Source: Paraspadella gotoi
Taxonomy: Eukaryota > Animalia > Chaetognatha
Length of the DNA: 64,000 nt
Reading direction: 5' to 3'
Assembly (NCBI GenBank): GCA_051294375.1
Contig: CM119268.1
Coordinates: forward strand, 20,254,531-20,318,530
A model generated the notes under the pieces. It worked only from the letters and a program-made list of their open reading frames with translations, was not told where the DNA came from and ran no database searches. Positions 1 to 13,793 of this stretch are shown in pieces (the first letter of the stretch is position 1; every line of letters starts with the position of its first letter). The position numbers and the translations under genes were made by a program.

Positions 1-3000
1 GGACCCGCGCTCGCCTCCGTCACCGAAACTGGTACCATGTCCCCACGGGTGGTCACGATGCATCAGTCGTTAAAACTATTTTTATTCCAAGTTCTTGACT
101 CTTTTTTTTTCCCTCGAAATTACGAAGAAAATCTCCATCCCACAAAATCGATAATCATTAATGATCCACCCTAAAAGTTTCACGGTCTTTTCACAACCCT
201 CTTTCCTCTCTCCAGGATCCCCTTCAAACGCATCGTCAGATGCGGGGACCAGCACGGGTCCGAGTCCCACCAACAGCCACCTCGACCCCCACAAGATCGA
301 ACTCGGCAACAGACTCTACCCCAAAGTGTTCCAGATGCAGCCTGCCCTCGCGGGGAAAATCACTGGTAAGTCAGAAAAAATGGTTTGAAAAACTCGTCGG
401 GTTGATTTGTTTTGAATTTATAATATTTTTTATCGTCACAATCGCTTAGCGTTTGCGACGATATTGTAACGCTTTTGCGCATAAGTGGCGTCGTCGTCGT
501 CGGCGTTCTAAATTATAGATCGCCTTTTTTATGATTAAATTTGGGTGTATAAAGCTGAAAATTTATATACAGCTTCTCATCATCGATGTGCTTAAAATTG
601 AGTCTGGACAGTTATTAAATATGTTTTGTTTACGTTTTATCAAAACAAACAAATTTTCTCTCTTTTTATATTTCTTTCTCTTTCTCTTTTAATTACATGT
701 CTCTCTCCCTCTCTCTTTTCCCGAGTCACTGACTCATAGGGAAGAAAAACGACTCTGCAGGGGCTTATTCTTTTTCTCTCTTTTCTCCTGCTGCTTCAGC
801 TGCTGTCTTTTGATTTCTTTCTTTTTTTCTTTTTCTCTCTCTCTGAGTTTTTAATAAAAAAAAATTGAAATAGGATTGAACTAGTAAAATCAGTTTTTTT
901 TGTTATTTTTTTTATCAAGGGCTGCGTCTGCTGATTAGTTTATTTTTTGACAATGAAAATTTTTTTTTCTTCTTTTTTTTTCAGAAACTGTAACTTTAAT
1001 TTATAATTTATAAAATATAATTTTTTTTTTCTGTTTTCTCAAATTTTATTTTTTTTAGTATCAAAATTTGTCGTCAATCCATATTTTTCTTATGCGATTG
1101 CGACGATCCTTATGCTTTTAAGATTTTTTTCTTTGATTTCGTTCATGATTCCGCCCATTTTTCAATTTATCAGGTATGCTTCTGGAGATGTCGCCGGCGC
1201 AGATCCTCTTCCTATTGGCTTCGGACGAGAGTTTGAGGACGCGTTGCGATGAGGCCGTCGACGTCATCATCCAGCACGGCGGGAGGATGGAGGTTCGTCG
1301 AATTTTTGGGCCGAGGGTTATATCTGAAAAAAAAACTTGTGGTTATTTGTTGTCATTGTTACTCGCAGGTGGGCGCGTCGGCGACCCTCGTGACTTCGGG
1401 CGTCGGAGGCTCCGCGCCCGCTGATCCATCTGCGCCCGTCTCGACGGCGCCGTCGACCTCGGCTTCCACGGCCCCCGCCCCCGCCCATCATCATCAGCTC
1501 CTTAATGAGTTCGATCAAATCTTCACGCTTAATCCTTCCTCCGGTTCGTCAATGTTTGGAGGGAATTAATTGCCTGAAAAAAGAGTTGTGAGAAATTGAT
1601 TGTGACGATCTGGAAGAAGGTTATATGTATTATTTTCTTTTATACTCGAAAGGTTTGAACAAAAACTCTTTACTGACATTGATTTAATACAATGCAATTA
1701 AATTTAAAAAAAAAGGAGGAGCAACGATGACGACCTCCTCCTCCTCCTCCTCGGATAAACGGAAATCCTCCTCCTCCTCCCACAAATCCTCCTCCGGCGC
1801 GGCGCTGACGACCGTCGCTTCCACCGGCGAGTCCTCGACGTCGCGCGCGGCCCCGGCGTCGACGCCGGCCGACCTCGCGCCGACCCAGGACGATATGGAG
1901 GGCGAAGAGCCCGAAGACGGCGCCCCGCTCTTCTGGCAGCCCGGCAAGAGAGGCTTCTACTCGCCGAGGGCGCCGAAGGGCGGGACTCCGTCAGCGGAGA
2001 GGCTTAACGCTTATAGAAACGTCGGGAGGTGAGTGATCGATCGATTGAAATGGTTGGATTAGTCAAGTAGAATAAACTTTTCTTAATCGTCCCTCTCTCA
2101 TCTTAGGATAATCGGTCTCTGCCTCCTCCAAAACGAGATGTGCCCCCTCTATCTGAACCGCCATGTGCTTAAATACGTCCTCGGACGCCGCATCGGTTGG
2201 CACGACCTCGCCTTCTTCGATCCCGTCACCTACGAGTCCATGCGGCGCCTCGTCGTCGACGCCGAGACTCAACCCTCGGGCCGCGACGCCGCGGCGCTCT
2301 TCGCCTCGCTCGACCTCACCTTTTGCGCCGAGCTGGGCGAGGAAGAGGGGGGAGAGATGGTGAGTTGAGAGGGTGGGGTCACGTTGAGAGAAATTGTCAT
2401 ACCTTGACTTTATTTTAATTCCTCCCAAAAGGTTCAACTCATCGGCGGCGGTTCCGAGGTCGAAGTGACGCCTTCGAACGTTTACGAATACGTCCGTCGC
2501 TACGCGCGTCACCGGATGGTCACCGTCGCCAAGCAACCGCTGGACAACATCCGAGAGGGAGTCTTCGACGTCATACCCCGCTCATCGCTGGATGGACTCT
2601 TCGCCGAGGATCTCCGCCTATTGCTCAACGGAGTCGGGGAGATCGACGTTCAGGTTCGCGTGGGTGTGGGAATTGATAAAAAATATAGTTTGATAATTTA
2701 ATTAATATCCCACGCCCGTCCTTCCAGGCTCTGATCAACTACACTTCCTTCAACGACGAGTCTAAGGACATCGGCGGAGACCGCGTGGTCAAGTTCAAGC
2801 GCTGGTTTTGGTCTGTCGTCGAGCGCATGTCGAACCTGGAACGTCAGGACCTCGTCTATTTTTGGACCTCATCGCCGGCCCTACCCGCATCCGAGGAGGG
2901 GTTCCAGCCCATGCCCACTATCACAGTGCGGCCACCCGACGACTCGCACCTACCGACCGCTAATACCTGCATCTCCCGACTCTACATCCCGTTGTACAGG

Positions 3001-3139
3001 TAGGGTTATTTCTATATATGCTCCGACCGAGCCTTACTACAGTTTCCAATGTTTGTTCCCATTTCCTTTCAGCTCTAAACAAATTCTCCGAACCAAACTG
3101 CTTTTAGCCATCAAAACTAAAAATTTTGGATTCGTCTGA
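1..3139 (+). CDS. UBR5: E3 ubiquitin ligase UBR5/hyperplastic discs, 3' part (MLLE/PABC domain + HECT domain); 5' end outside window
   Basis: Exons ~1-31 (tentative), 216-365, 1174-1292, 1369-1543, 1716-2028, 2107-2359, 2432-2653, 2728-2999, 3073-3139, with GT..AG and consistent phases. MLLE motif LGNRLYPKV...AGKITG|MLLEMSP, HECT catalytic region [18 protein letters not shown], and C-terminus [21 protein letters not shown] resembling metazoan UBR5. Confidence 0.96.
431..1130 (+). mobile_element. DINE-1/Helentron-associated (HINE)-like non-autonomous element, family A
   Basis: Starts TATCGTCACAATCGC; the inverted copy GCGATTGCGACGAT lies near the 3' end, followed by a small hairpin CTTA-TGCTT-TTAAG, with T-runs on both sides. 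Related copies at ~22385-23160, ~25970-26525, ~27165-27430 and partly 13410-13830. Confidence 0.65.
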
Positions 3140-3833
3140 GTTGAAATGATTGCGGAATTTCGTTCGTTTGGACGTCTCCCTAGTTTTTCTATTCGGATTC
3201 TTTCCATCTTGTCAGAAACGCGGAAAAATGACCAAACTGCAAACTTTCTCGAGTTAAAATTCACCGTAATTCATAGAGTTCTGTTTTATAGCGATTGGGA
3301 GCTTCGAACGATGACTTTTAATTATTCTCGTTATTGATGAAAAAACGTTTTTGTGTGCAGAAAAATTCTTTGTTCGATTACGATCAGTTAATCTAATAGT
3401 AATATAACAGTGCGTAAATCAACACGGAAGCACTATGTTCTCTTTATGCCCATTTAAACTCGTATGTAGGTTTTTTTGTTGTTTTATACCAAAAAAAAAG
3501 TTAAGTATAGTAACATCGACTAACCAAGATAGCTTGGTCAGCCGTGAAAGAAAACCTTAGGAAAACAAGTTTGATTATTGGATCATCAAAAATAGCCTGA
3601 ATGAATGCTTTATATATAACACAGTTATTAGTTAGTGGAAAGACGGGAGCATTTTTTAACTTGTTGCACAGTTATTGGTTTCGTTTTCCTACTATATAGA
3701 TAGCTAACGATTAATAGAAACAATACGCGCTGGATGAAGCCATGACAAAAATTGTCCGGAAAACTAAGTATAAAAATACTAGAAGACGGTTGCTCGCAAC
3801 GAGAGGATCTTCGCTACGATTCTCGCGGGCACT

Positions 3834-6800
3834 TCACTGGTACAGACTCTCCCTGACGTAGTCCTTCAGAGAGAAGGTCGCCGTACGATCCTCGTTTATG
3901 TGAAGGGAGAAACTCTCTGCAGGGAAGGGAGGAATAAAGCGTAAAGGTGAGACGGTTGTTCAATGTGGTTTTTTTTGTACTTAATTTTTGTTAATTATGA
4001 ATTCAAATAAAACCTGGGATTGGGTAATTAGGTAAGGAAGAAATGCAGTCGCGGTCGTATTGCCAAGTATTAGCTGGCTATAATTTACTGAAATTGGGGC
4101 ACACTTACGGCAACACTTCTTCAGTCGGGCGATGCATTGCATAAAGTCGTCGAAAGAGATTTGGCCGTCCTGATCACCGAATCGCACTACCAGAGCATTG
4201 TTAAGGTCGCAGCTGACATTGTATCCAAGTTTGCTGAGTGCACCTCGCAACTCCATCGCCGAGAAAGACCCCGTCCCGTCTACGTCCACCTCTTTGAAGA
4301 CTTTCTGAAGAAGTAGGAAAATAATATTCAAATTTATTCACGCAGTTAAACAAAACCTCATTTACAGTAAATATTAAATATTGTACAACGACAGTAGTTA
4401 AAAAATCAGTAAAGTTTAGAAATTTGAATTATTCAACACTTTCCATACCAGCCAGTGCTCAATGTCCCTCCAGAGGTTCGCGAACTCGTTGAAACCGAGT
4501 TGGCCCGAATTGTCTGCGTCCATCATCGCGACGAGCCCTTTGCAAGTTCCCGCGGAGAAGGACTCAAAGTCGAAGTCCACCGAGGGAACTGAGTTGAAGG
4601 AAAAGCGTAGTAGAAGCAAGGTTCCGGGGAAGGGAGGGATTAAAAGGAGTCAAAATTCGGGTCAAGAATTACGTTCCCGAGTCGGTGCTCACTGTTTTGA
4701 AAAACGCAGGTGAGGAGCTGCTTGAGCTCGTAGGCGTCGATTTCGTCGTTGCTGCCGGCGACTTGCTCGAAGATTCCGGATAGCTGTGCGTCCTTCTCTC
4801 GCCTCGTGTCATCGTCCTCTTCCTCGGGGTTCATCTGGGAGAGAGCCACAGAGAGCGAGCGTTGTAAAAGAGAGCAGGAAAGAGAAAAATGTGACGTTTA
4901 GGATTATGAAGAGCGAAATCATACGTGTCGCAAAACACAATGAAAAATCCGCCTTTGATGTTAAAGTGATGCAACCTGTTGAACCGAGAATTACCTCATA
5001 ATAGGCCTAATTTATATCGAAAAGTGACAATGTGAGTCAAAAAAAAAAAACCTAAAATTTTAAACTATTCGTCTAATTGGTGCAAAATGTTAGTCTCAAC
5101 ATGCCACTTATATATTTCACTGGGCCATATTGTTTGTGAGTTGCGTAGCTGTTGAAATTAACGAAAAAGAAAAAACGAAAGTAGAAAGGACCCCATCAAG
5201 AAGTGATCTCAATTACAAAACGATTTGCGTACCTTTTTATAATTCGAACGCGAAAATATTGGCAAACGAGAAATATTTATTTAATAAAAATCTAGCAACC
5301 GAAATTGAAAGCCCAACAACCTTGGTCATTTTTCTTTTCATGAATTTTAGTTCCCTTGCGCGATAAAAAAATTGACATCCGATATTGTTTTCAAAAAAAA
5401 ACAAAAAAAAAAACAAACAATGGTTAAGTCTATGTATGCAAAAAAGAAAATTAATATGAAAAGAAGCTTACTTTACGAGATGCCTGTGCGAGATGGTAGC
5501 GAAAGTGAAGTTGAATGCGTTAATGCCCGAGTCCGACATGCCTATTTGAACTGAGGGAATCAGTTCAGGTCTTACCTTGGACTCGTCCATGCTGGTTTCT
5601 TGATCCAAGTCTTGCGCCGTTTGCTCCTTTTCTGAAAAGATACGAACGAGGAAGTCTCCCTGATCGTTAGGTTGGTAAGAAGATGGCATGATCACGTATT
5701 GGCCCGGGGACAAGCTAAACCGACCCGTCACTTCCCTGTGAGGGAAAGGGAAGTAAGCGGATAAATTTTAAACGAGAAAAAACTCAGTTTTAAACGTTTC
5801 TACCTTTCAAAAGATTGAATATGGAGTTCTTACTTCTAAGCTAAGTGTAAATTCTTCTGCGAAATTTTCAAATGAATATTTTTGAGCTATTGAGGAAAAT
5901 CTTGCTCTGAAAGAGCGAATTATGTTTTAAAACATGTCATTTGTTATAGAAAAACCTGGTATTGATAAAGGTAGACATCCCGACAGATCGCCTTCTAAGA
6001 AACCAGTCCTTTTCCAAAGGCTGCCCGGCCTCCAGTCTTTCCGCATCTTCCTCCTCGCAAGCATAGATCGCGAAACCGATTGTCAACATTTGCTGTTTCT
6101 TCTGTCGACCTAGCATCAAAAGGCATTTTCAAAGTAGTTTTATTGCTCATTAAATTCTCTCGAAACAATTTACCCTTTCTCCGGTCCTTCTGCATGACGG
6201 CAATGATGCAGGAACAGACGTCGTCTGCATCGTCGTCAACGTCCTCCAGTGTGACGAGAATTTGAGGATTAATCCAGAAGGAATCTGAGGCATGTTATAA
6301 CTCCGTTTAACCACTACTACCGAAACGTGTGTTGAGCAATTGTTTGCTATTTGTACAAAAGCTGTTGTTCGATGCCCAAAAATCATCTCACCGGGGTAGT
6401 TTCGGCATCCGCCGGCGCTGGCATTTTTCACCCATCTTTTGTCGTACTGCAAGCATTGCCAGCCCTTCTTATCGTCGTCTGAGTCAGCCATGCATTCAGG
6501 AGTGAGATTACAGACCTTCAGTTCATAAATAAAGGTGAACAATGAGCATCGAAAAATTGTTAATAAACTACTATGGCAACGGGCGGACATGTGTGATGCC
6601 CGGGGTGTGATGCATCTCCCGACAGCTGGCGCTCAGGGCTTTGGATGCCGACACCATCACACTAACCAGCGTGACCAAGAGGGGATTGAACTCAGAACTC
6701 GCGTGCACGGTTGGTGAACGAGTACTTAGTTGTCCAAGCTGAGTTTCACCAAGCTATACCTCAAAATTAAATTCTCTATTCGAAACTTTCCCACAGCCTT

Positions 6801-9800
6801 TTCTTTCCAAAAGGCGAGATACCGCGAATGTGGGGGTGGTTTCGATAAAAATCAGAATTCCATTCAGAATTACATATTTTATTAACTTTTTAATATCGTT
6901 TGTAATAATAACCACTTACGAATTATTATAACCTGATCAGACATTATTTGAAATCCTTTCTTTTCGTTGTGTTTGTGAATTACAGAGTTTGAATTAGGTT
7001 CGAACAATAATAATAATCGTTGTTCGAATCTAATTCACACTCTCTAGATAACCTGATCATAATCTTTCATGAAAAATATAATTTTAAAATGAATCTGGGA
7101 TAATTACATGTAAAGTATCAAACCAACCTCCAATTTGCTCCAACATGCTTTGAAGTCATCAATATTCATCCAAAACTCTCCGTCGTGACTCTTATTCAAA
7201 CCCATTGCCTCTCTAGTTTCTTCATCCAAATTGTTCCATTCGTCCGAACCTGAAAATATATGTCAGCTTTATTTCTTACAGAGGCTTTCAGTTTGACAAA
7301 ATATATCAGTATTATATAAACCAAATTTCTTTTGAACAAAATGTAAATTTCCAAAGAGCGCTTACTGTCTGACCACGCCCCAGTCCATTCAGCTGTTAAA
7401 AGGAAATAAATGGATTTATTTAGTACGTTTATATAAAGTATTATATTATTATTATTATTATATCAAGTATACCTTCATTTCCCCATGGATTTCTGCAGCG
7501 GACTAGTTGAAACTCTTCAGCCTTAAAATGTAAAATTTGAAACATAAGTGATACGTGAAATGCGATTTGTTTACATTTTATATAAACAAAACAAATTTAT
7601 TCTATTTATATATATATTTATATGTAGCTCTTTTTCTAAGTCGCTGCCTCTTCTAATTTGTCCATAAACGAGTTTAGTTCCGCAGCGGCTGAAAATAACG
7701 CGCATCTCTCTCTTTTTCTCTTCGTCTCTCTTTCTCTATTTTTTATTTAAAAAAAATTGTATGTCTGAATCGAACTCGTGATGTTATCATTTTAGCATCT
7801 TTTCTCTTTTTTTATCTCTTACACATTTATTTACTGAATTTTTTAAATTAAATTAAATCAATTAAATTCGTTCAATTTAATTAATTCAGTTCTTACTTTC
7901 TTTAATTTAAATTAAATAAATTTAAAATTAATTCGTTCATACATTTCATTTCATTTTATTCATTTATTTTTTTATTTATATTTATTTTCTGTGGCTTCGA
8001 AGGTTTAGTAGCCACGGGGTCAACCCTCGGTGGTTATTATGTTTAGCGGTCGCAAAGGAGGCCGGTTACTGAGTGTCTCTCTCTCTCTCTTACTTTATCT
8101 TTGCCGTGCTCTCTCTTTTTGGTCTCGTCTCATGATCTTCCATGGTAATCATGTATTCTCTGTATCACATTGTTATTCGCCAATAATATAAGATTATTAC
8201 CGCTACATAACTGGCCTAGCCCGACGAGAACATGCAAAAATCCTTCTGAACAACAAAACAACCCATGACGGAGCTTTTTATTGCCACCGTGTTTCTCTCA
8301 GACGGCCCTACGAGACAAGAATCTGTAAGCCAAGGAATACTGATAATTGTCAAAGATGTCGGGAGCGCAAAGTCCATTGTTTTATTCAGTTTTTCCGATA
8401 AATACCAATTTAAAGTTAGTTTCAAGGCAGCGACATCCGAATTTCCAACGACCAAACAATAAATCACGTTATTGAATTTCACGCTGAAGGAATGAAAGAA
8501 AAGTTTTGCTCCATAATTTTCTCAAAAAATTGTTCAACGTCAAAGACGCCATTTACAGGTGCGCCTACCACGGTTCATAATTTGGCGACGACGACGACAG
8601 CAGCGTCTCTAATTGCGGCTTTTCCCGCGACATCGGAACTCGCGTCTCTCGTGAAGAGTCCGCCTCCTGGTTGGTTTCCGCCAACTCGAGATGCCTCCAC
8701 TGGAACGACCGCCCCAACAACTTTCAATGCCTCTTCTTCGACCATCGGTGTTTTTGATACTGTTGAGGCCGCCTATCTCACGGACATTGTCATTACGGCA
8801 AATGCAGCCGTTGCTACAGTCAAGGCTTCCACGAAAGATGTCTCCACTCAAACGCGCATCAAAACCGACGACAATGTAAACATCACCATCGTGGATGCCA
8901 CGCAAGCCACTATTGACGTGCTGAACGCTGCAAGGCTTGCGGCTCCATCCCTTAATGATGTCGTCCATTCCGTGCTGTGCGACGCTGACTAGGGACATCA
9001 AAAACGTCAAGCTCAGTCACAAAAACTGCCTGCCTAACGTCACCCCCTGGTCAAACACCACCGCCACCACGGAAGGTGCAGCCGCCATCTTGGAGGGTGT
9101 CGTCGCCATCTTGCAGGGTATCGCCGCCATCTTGCAGGGCGTCACCGCCATCTCGCAGGGCGTTGCCGCCATCTTGCAGGGCGTTGCCACAACCTCGGAA
9201 GGCGCTGCCGCCACTCTGGAAGGCTCCTCAACCCTCTCGGAAAACGCCACTACAACCTCACTGGGCATCACCACCTCGCAGGGCGCCGCCGCCACCCCAC
9301 AGAGCGCCGCCTTCTCTCTGAAAGCCATCTCTGCCCGACCAGCCAGTTTCTTCATTTTACCGGTTGGCTCCATCGCCTCAACGATCCTATGCCGGCGTTT
9401 GCGCGGCAATAAACTCCTCAAAACGCCACCCACCAGACTGTCCATCAGCCACCCCTACCTTCATCAGAAGAACGTCCTTCGAACTTTTTTCCGGGAGAGG
9501 GAATGTGTGGCTCCGAAGGTTTCGTAGCCACGGAGTCAACCCTCGGTGGTCATTGTTTACAGAGTAGTGTCCGTCTCTGTCTTACAATATCTGTGCCTTG
9601 CTCTCTCTTTTTAGTCTCGTCTCATGATCTTCCATGGTAAACATGTATTCTCTGTATCATATTGTTATTCGCCAATAATATATGATTATGACCGCTACAA
9701 TTCATTTATTTATTTATTTATTTTCCATTTCCTGCGATGATCTTAAGCCAAGTTTGTTAAGTATAAAACTTAGTTTTCCTGTATCAAATATGAATTTTTG

Positions 9801-12800
9801 TTCGAGTATTAAAGTTTGTCATGGGTACCGAATTTTTTTATGCGATTTTTTAGTGTTTTTTTATGTTTCTAATTACCTTGCAAACCGCCGTAATCGAGTA
9901 TGCATGGCCTGATATGAGGCCATTGTCTTGTCTCCCTTCAATTTCTCCAGTGTTAAGGCTGCATCTGTAGTTATCAAAACGAGAATAATAATATTTTAAA
10001 TTGAAACAATATGGTAAAAATATTAGTTTATACATAAATGTTTATAAACGCAGAGTATTTTCTATTTACCCCATCAAAGAGCCTTTCATGTAAGCCCTGT
10101 ACATAGTTTCAAATATGTCGACATCTTCTGGAAGTTCTTGGAGGTCGTAATTTTCTGAGACTCCGCCCATAAAATCCTCCATAGCCTCGATGGTGTTTCC
10201 TCCTCTGAGAGTTTCGTAGCTTCCATGCAACCTTTATTTTGTGAGGGTAAGAACCTTAGTTCGTAACATTTTTGAACGATGATTATTAAAGCATACTTGG
10301 CATAAGCTTTCTCCAGCAGCGCGGACCAGAACTCGTTCCCTTCTGCACTTTGCATAAAGACAAGTCGACCGCCGTTGGTTGGAAGACGATCATCGATGCA
10401 GACCTCCACCCATCTACCGAAACGCCAGAATCGAAACCTATGAAAGATGACGAAACAAATTTCGGTCAAAGAACAACTATTCATTGTTCATTAAAACTAC
10501 AGCGACTTGTACCAACCTGAATAGGCCGCAGTAGTCATCCTCGAAAGATTGCTCCGGCACCACTCGCTTGAACAGCCAGGGATTTTCAGCCAAGGCGGCT
10601 GTGGCGGCCAGTAGCCAACAGTCGCCGAGTTGACCCTGGTTGATATCGAGACGGCTCGCCCCGTCCTTCAAAAACATAGGACCATCGCAAATTTCCTAGT
10701 TGAAAGAGTTAGAATATTTATTCGCCATTATTGCTGGTCATTGTCGCTACAAGTAGAAAAATTCGTGGGAAAATTTTACTCTCGCCGACCGGGGCTTTGG
10801 CGTCTTTTGAAACAAGTTTGAGCAAACAATACCGGATCTGCGCACGATCATTAGCGGTAAGCAGCTGATCAGATAATTAATTTACTTTGTCGGTCCGTCG
10901 GTCCAATCTTGTCGGGCATTCTATTATATCATGTCAGAACATCGAATTATGTTAAATTATGCAAAAAAATGTCTGTCTGTCCGTCCGTCCGTCCCACCTA
11001 CCTTAACAAAAAACTCCACTTACTCATGATTGGATGGATGGATTGGAATGAAAATTTGTTTGGGGGTAGGGAAGCCTGTGATTGAGATGTATTAGATATT
11101 TCGCTCCGCGCTTAGAAAAAAATCCGAAAGAACAAAGCGGTTTCTGATAATTTTGGTTCCTAGTAGAGTTCCGATAACCGTTAATTTTTTAGGAAATTCG
11201 CTTAGCCGTTAAAACTAACATTTTTAACGGTTAACCGTTAAAGATCGGTTAATTTTATAATTTAATTAAGATATAAAACAAACTCAGTATTTAATAGTAT
11301 TTTCTCTTTAACTCTGGCTCCTGAATGCACTGGAGTCTGGACACTCGAAACAGAGTCAAAACATGTCTGTTTTTTATGTCAAATAAAATTGTTGTAACAA
11401 AACAAATATTTTTGCTAATCTCATAATACAATGAAACGAAAGGATACCATCAAATTCTAAATCTAGTATAATTTGTTTTCTCTCTTTTGCTTTATATTTT
11501 TCTTTCTCTACTTCTCTTCCTCATTATTTTTGTAGTTGTTAGTTTCTTGAACGCTTGTTTTCTGTTGTTAGTCTTTCATAAACCATGACCAATGGTCATT
11601 GACCATAAATATAAATATGAATTTTAATTTATTGATAGACTGGTTGATTTATCGATTGATCAAAAAATTTATTGATTAATAAATATATTTTTCAGTTAAT
11701 TAAAATGTATATCATCATTATTGAAGGATAGTTTTAGTTAGCCTTTTTTAAGATTCGTTCTTTCTATTATCAATTTTTAAATTTTTTATAATGATTAGGT
11801 TTTTTGTTTATTTTTTTCATTCATTCGGTTTTATTTCATTTGCTTCTTTGTTCATTTTAAATAGGGAAAGAAAAAGGGAGAAAAAGTAAAATAAGAAGGT
11901 ATGGTGGACTAAAATCCACCAACCGCTCATCAGTGGTCATTGGTGCTGGAGGCAAGTCATTCCCCTCCCAACCCAAAGGTCCGAGGTTCTTGCCCGGTGG
12001 CCGCCTAGCAGTTAAGAGGGATGCGCACTTAACCCGCCTGTAACACGATCAAGCTCAGTGACTGCTTATATTGAACGGTTCTGTCATTAACATATAATAA
12101 TTTATAATTATAATTATAATAATAATTACTGTCTCTTCAAAGGATTATTTATTTTTAGCAAAATTGAATATATATTATTGAATGGATGGGCGAAAAAAAG
12201 GAAAAAGGTACAATAAAAGGGAGAAACAAGTTTGAGCAAACAATGTCGGATCTGCTACGATAATTAATTAATTAATTAATTAATTAATTATATGTCTCTT
12301 TCTCTCTCTCTCTCTCTCTCTTTTTTATGCAATTGCGACGATTGCTTTTAAGATTTTTTTAACTTACATCATTTTTTCAACTTGCATCATTTTTTCATTT
12401 TGCATCATTTTTTCAATTTGCAACATTTTTTCAATTTGCATCATTTTTTCAACTTTCATCATTCTTTCAACTTGCATCATTTTTTCAACTTGCATCATTT
12501 TTTCAACTAGCATCATTTTTTTAAATTGCATCATTTTTTCACATTAATTAATTAATTAATTAATTAATTAAAACATTTATTAGTAATCATTTATTCCATT
12601 TAAACTCATTTCCACTTGCACAATTCCGTCAAAACTTTATATCTGGCTTCTTCTCACACTTTCCTACCGGCTCACAAAATTTCATCTCAATCTATCATGG
12701 GTTAAAATAAATAAAAAGATTCAAGTAAATGTGACTCATATTTTTTCATTTAAACTCATTTCCACTCGTACGTTTCCACCGAAACTTTATATCAAGCTTC

Positions 12801-13749
12801 GTCACACATTTTCCTACCGCACACAAAATTTCATTCCAATTCAACCAGCCAATCACGAGTTATTGGAGCTTTTTGCTAAGGTGGGACGGATGGACGGATT
12901 AATTGACTGATTAATTAATTATTGATTAATTGACTAATTTATTAATTAACTGATTAATTATTTGATTTATTAATACATCCTGCATATACATTTAATATAA
13001 AGGAAAAAGAAGCATAATCAATTTTTTGTTTTTTCCATTTAAACTCATTTCCACTCAAACGATTCCATCAAAACTTGTTTTCCTGTTCAATCACACACTT
13101 TCCTACCCACATACAAAATTCTAGGTCAATTGCCCAATCCACTCATGAGCAATTAATTAGGCAATTTGTTAATTAATTTGATTTGAAATGTTTTAGGTAT
13201 TTTCGTCACTAACCATGACAAAAGCAATGACGACGATGAGAATAATGCCGATAATGATTGACTTGATTGATTGATTGAATAATCAAATAATAGATAAATG
13301 AATTGATTGATTAAATAATTAATTAATAGATAAATAAATTGATTGATTGAATAATTAATTGATTGATAAATTGACTGATTAATTAATTATTGTTTATTAA
13401 CTGATTTTTCTCTTTAATTATATGTAGCTATCTCTCTCCCTTTTCCCCAGTGCTGATTCATCGGGAAAAAAACGAGTCTGCAGAAGGCTCTGCAGGGGCT
13501 CTTTCTTTTTCTCTCTTTTCTCCTGCTGCTTCTGCTGCTGCTTTTGATTTCTTCCTTTTTTTCTGGCTGTCTCTGCTGCTGCCGCTGCTGATTCGTCCGA
13601 AAACGATCTCTCTCTCTTTCTCTCTCTCTCTCTGCGTTTTTGTTAAAAAAAAATTGAATTAGGATTGAACTCGTAAAATTATGCATCGCATTCGTGCATG
13701 TTATCATTTTGCTATTGCAACATCAAGTTTTAATTTCCTTTTTATATCC

Positions 13750-13793
<44 letters not shown>

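Noticed and set aside
9081-9227. CRISPR-like array
   Set aside because: Units are contiguous with no unique spacers; eukaryotic context with no cas genes.
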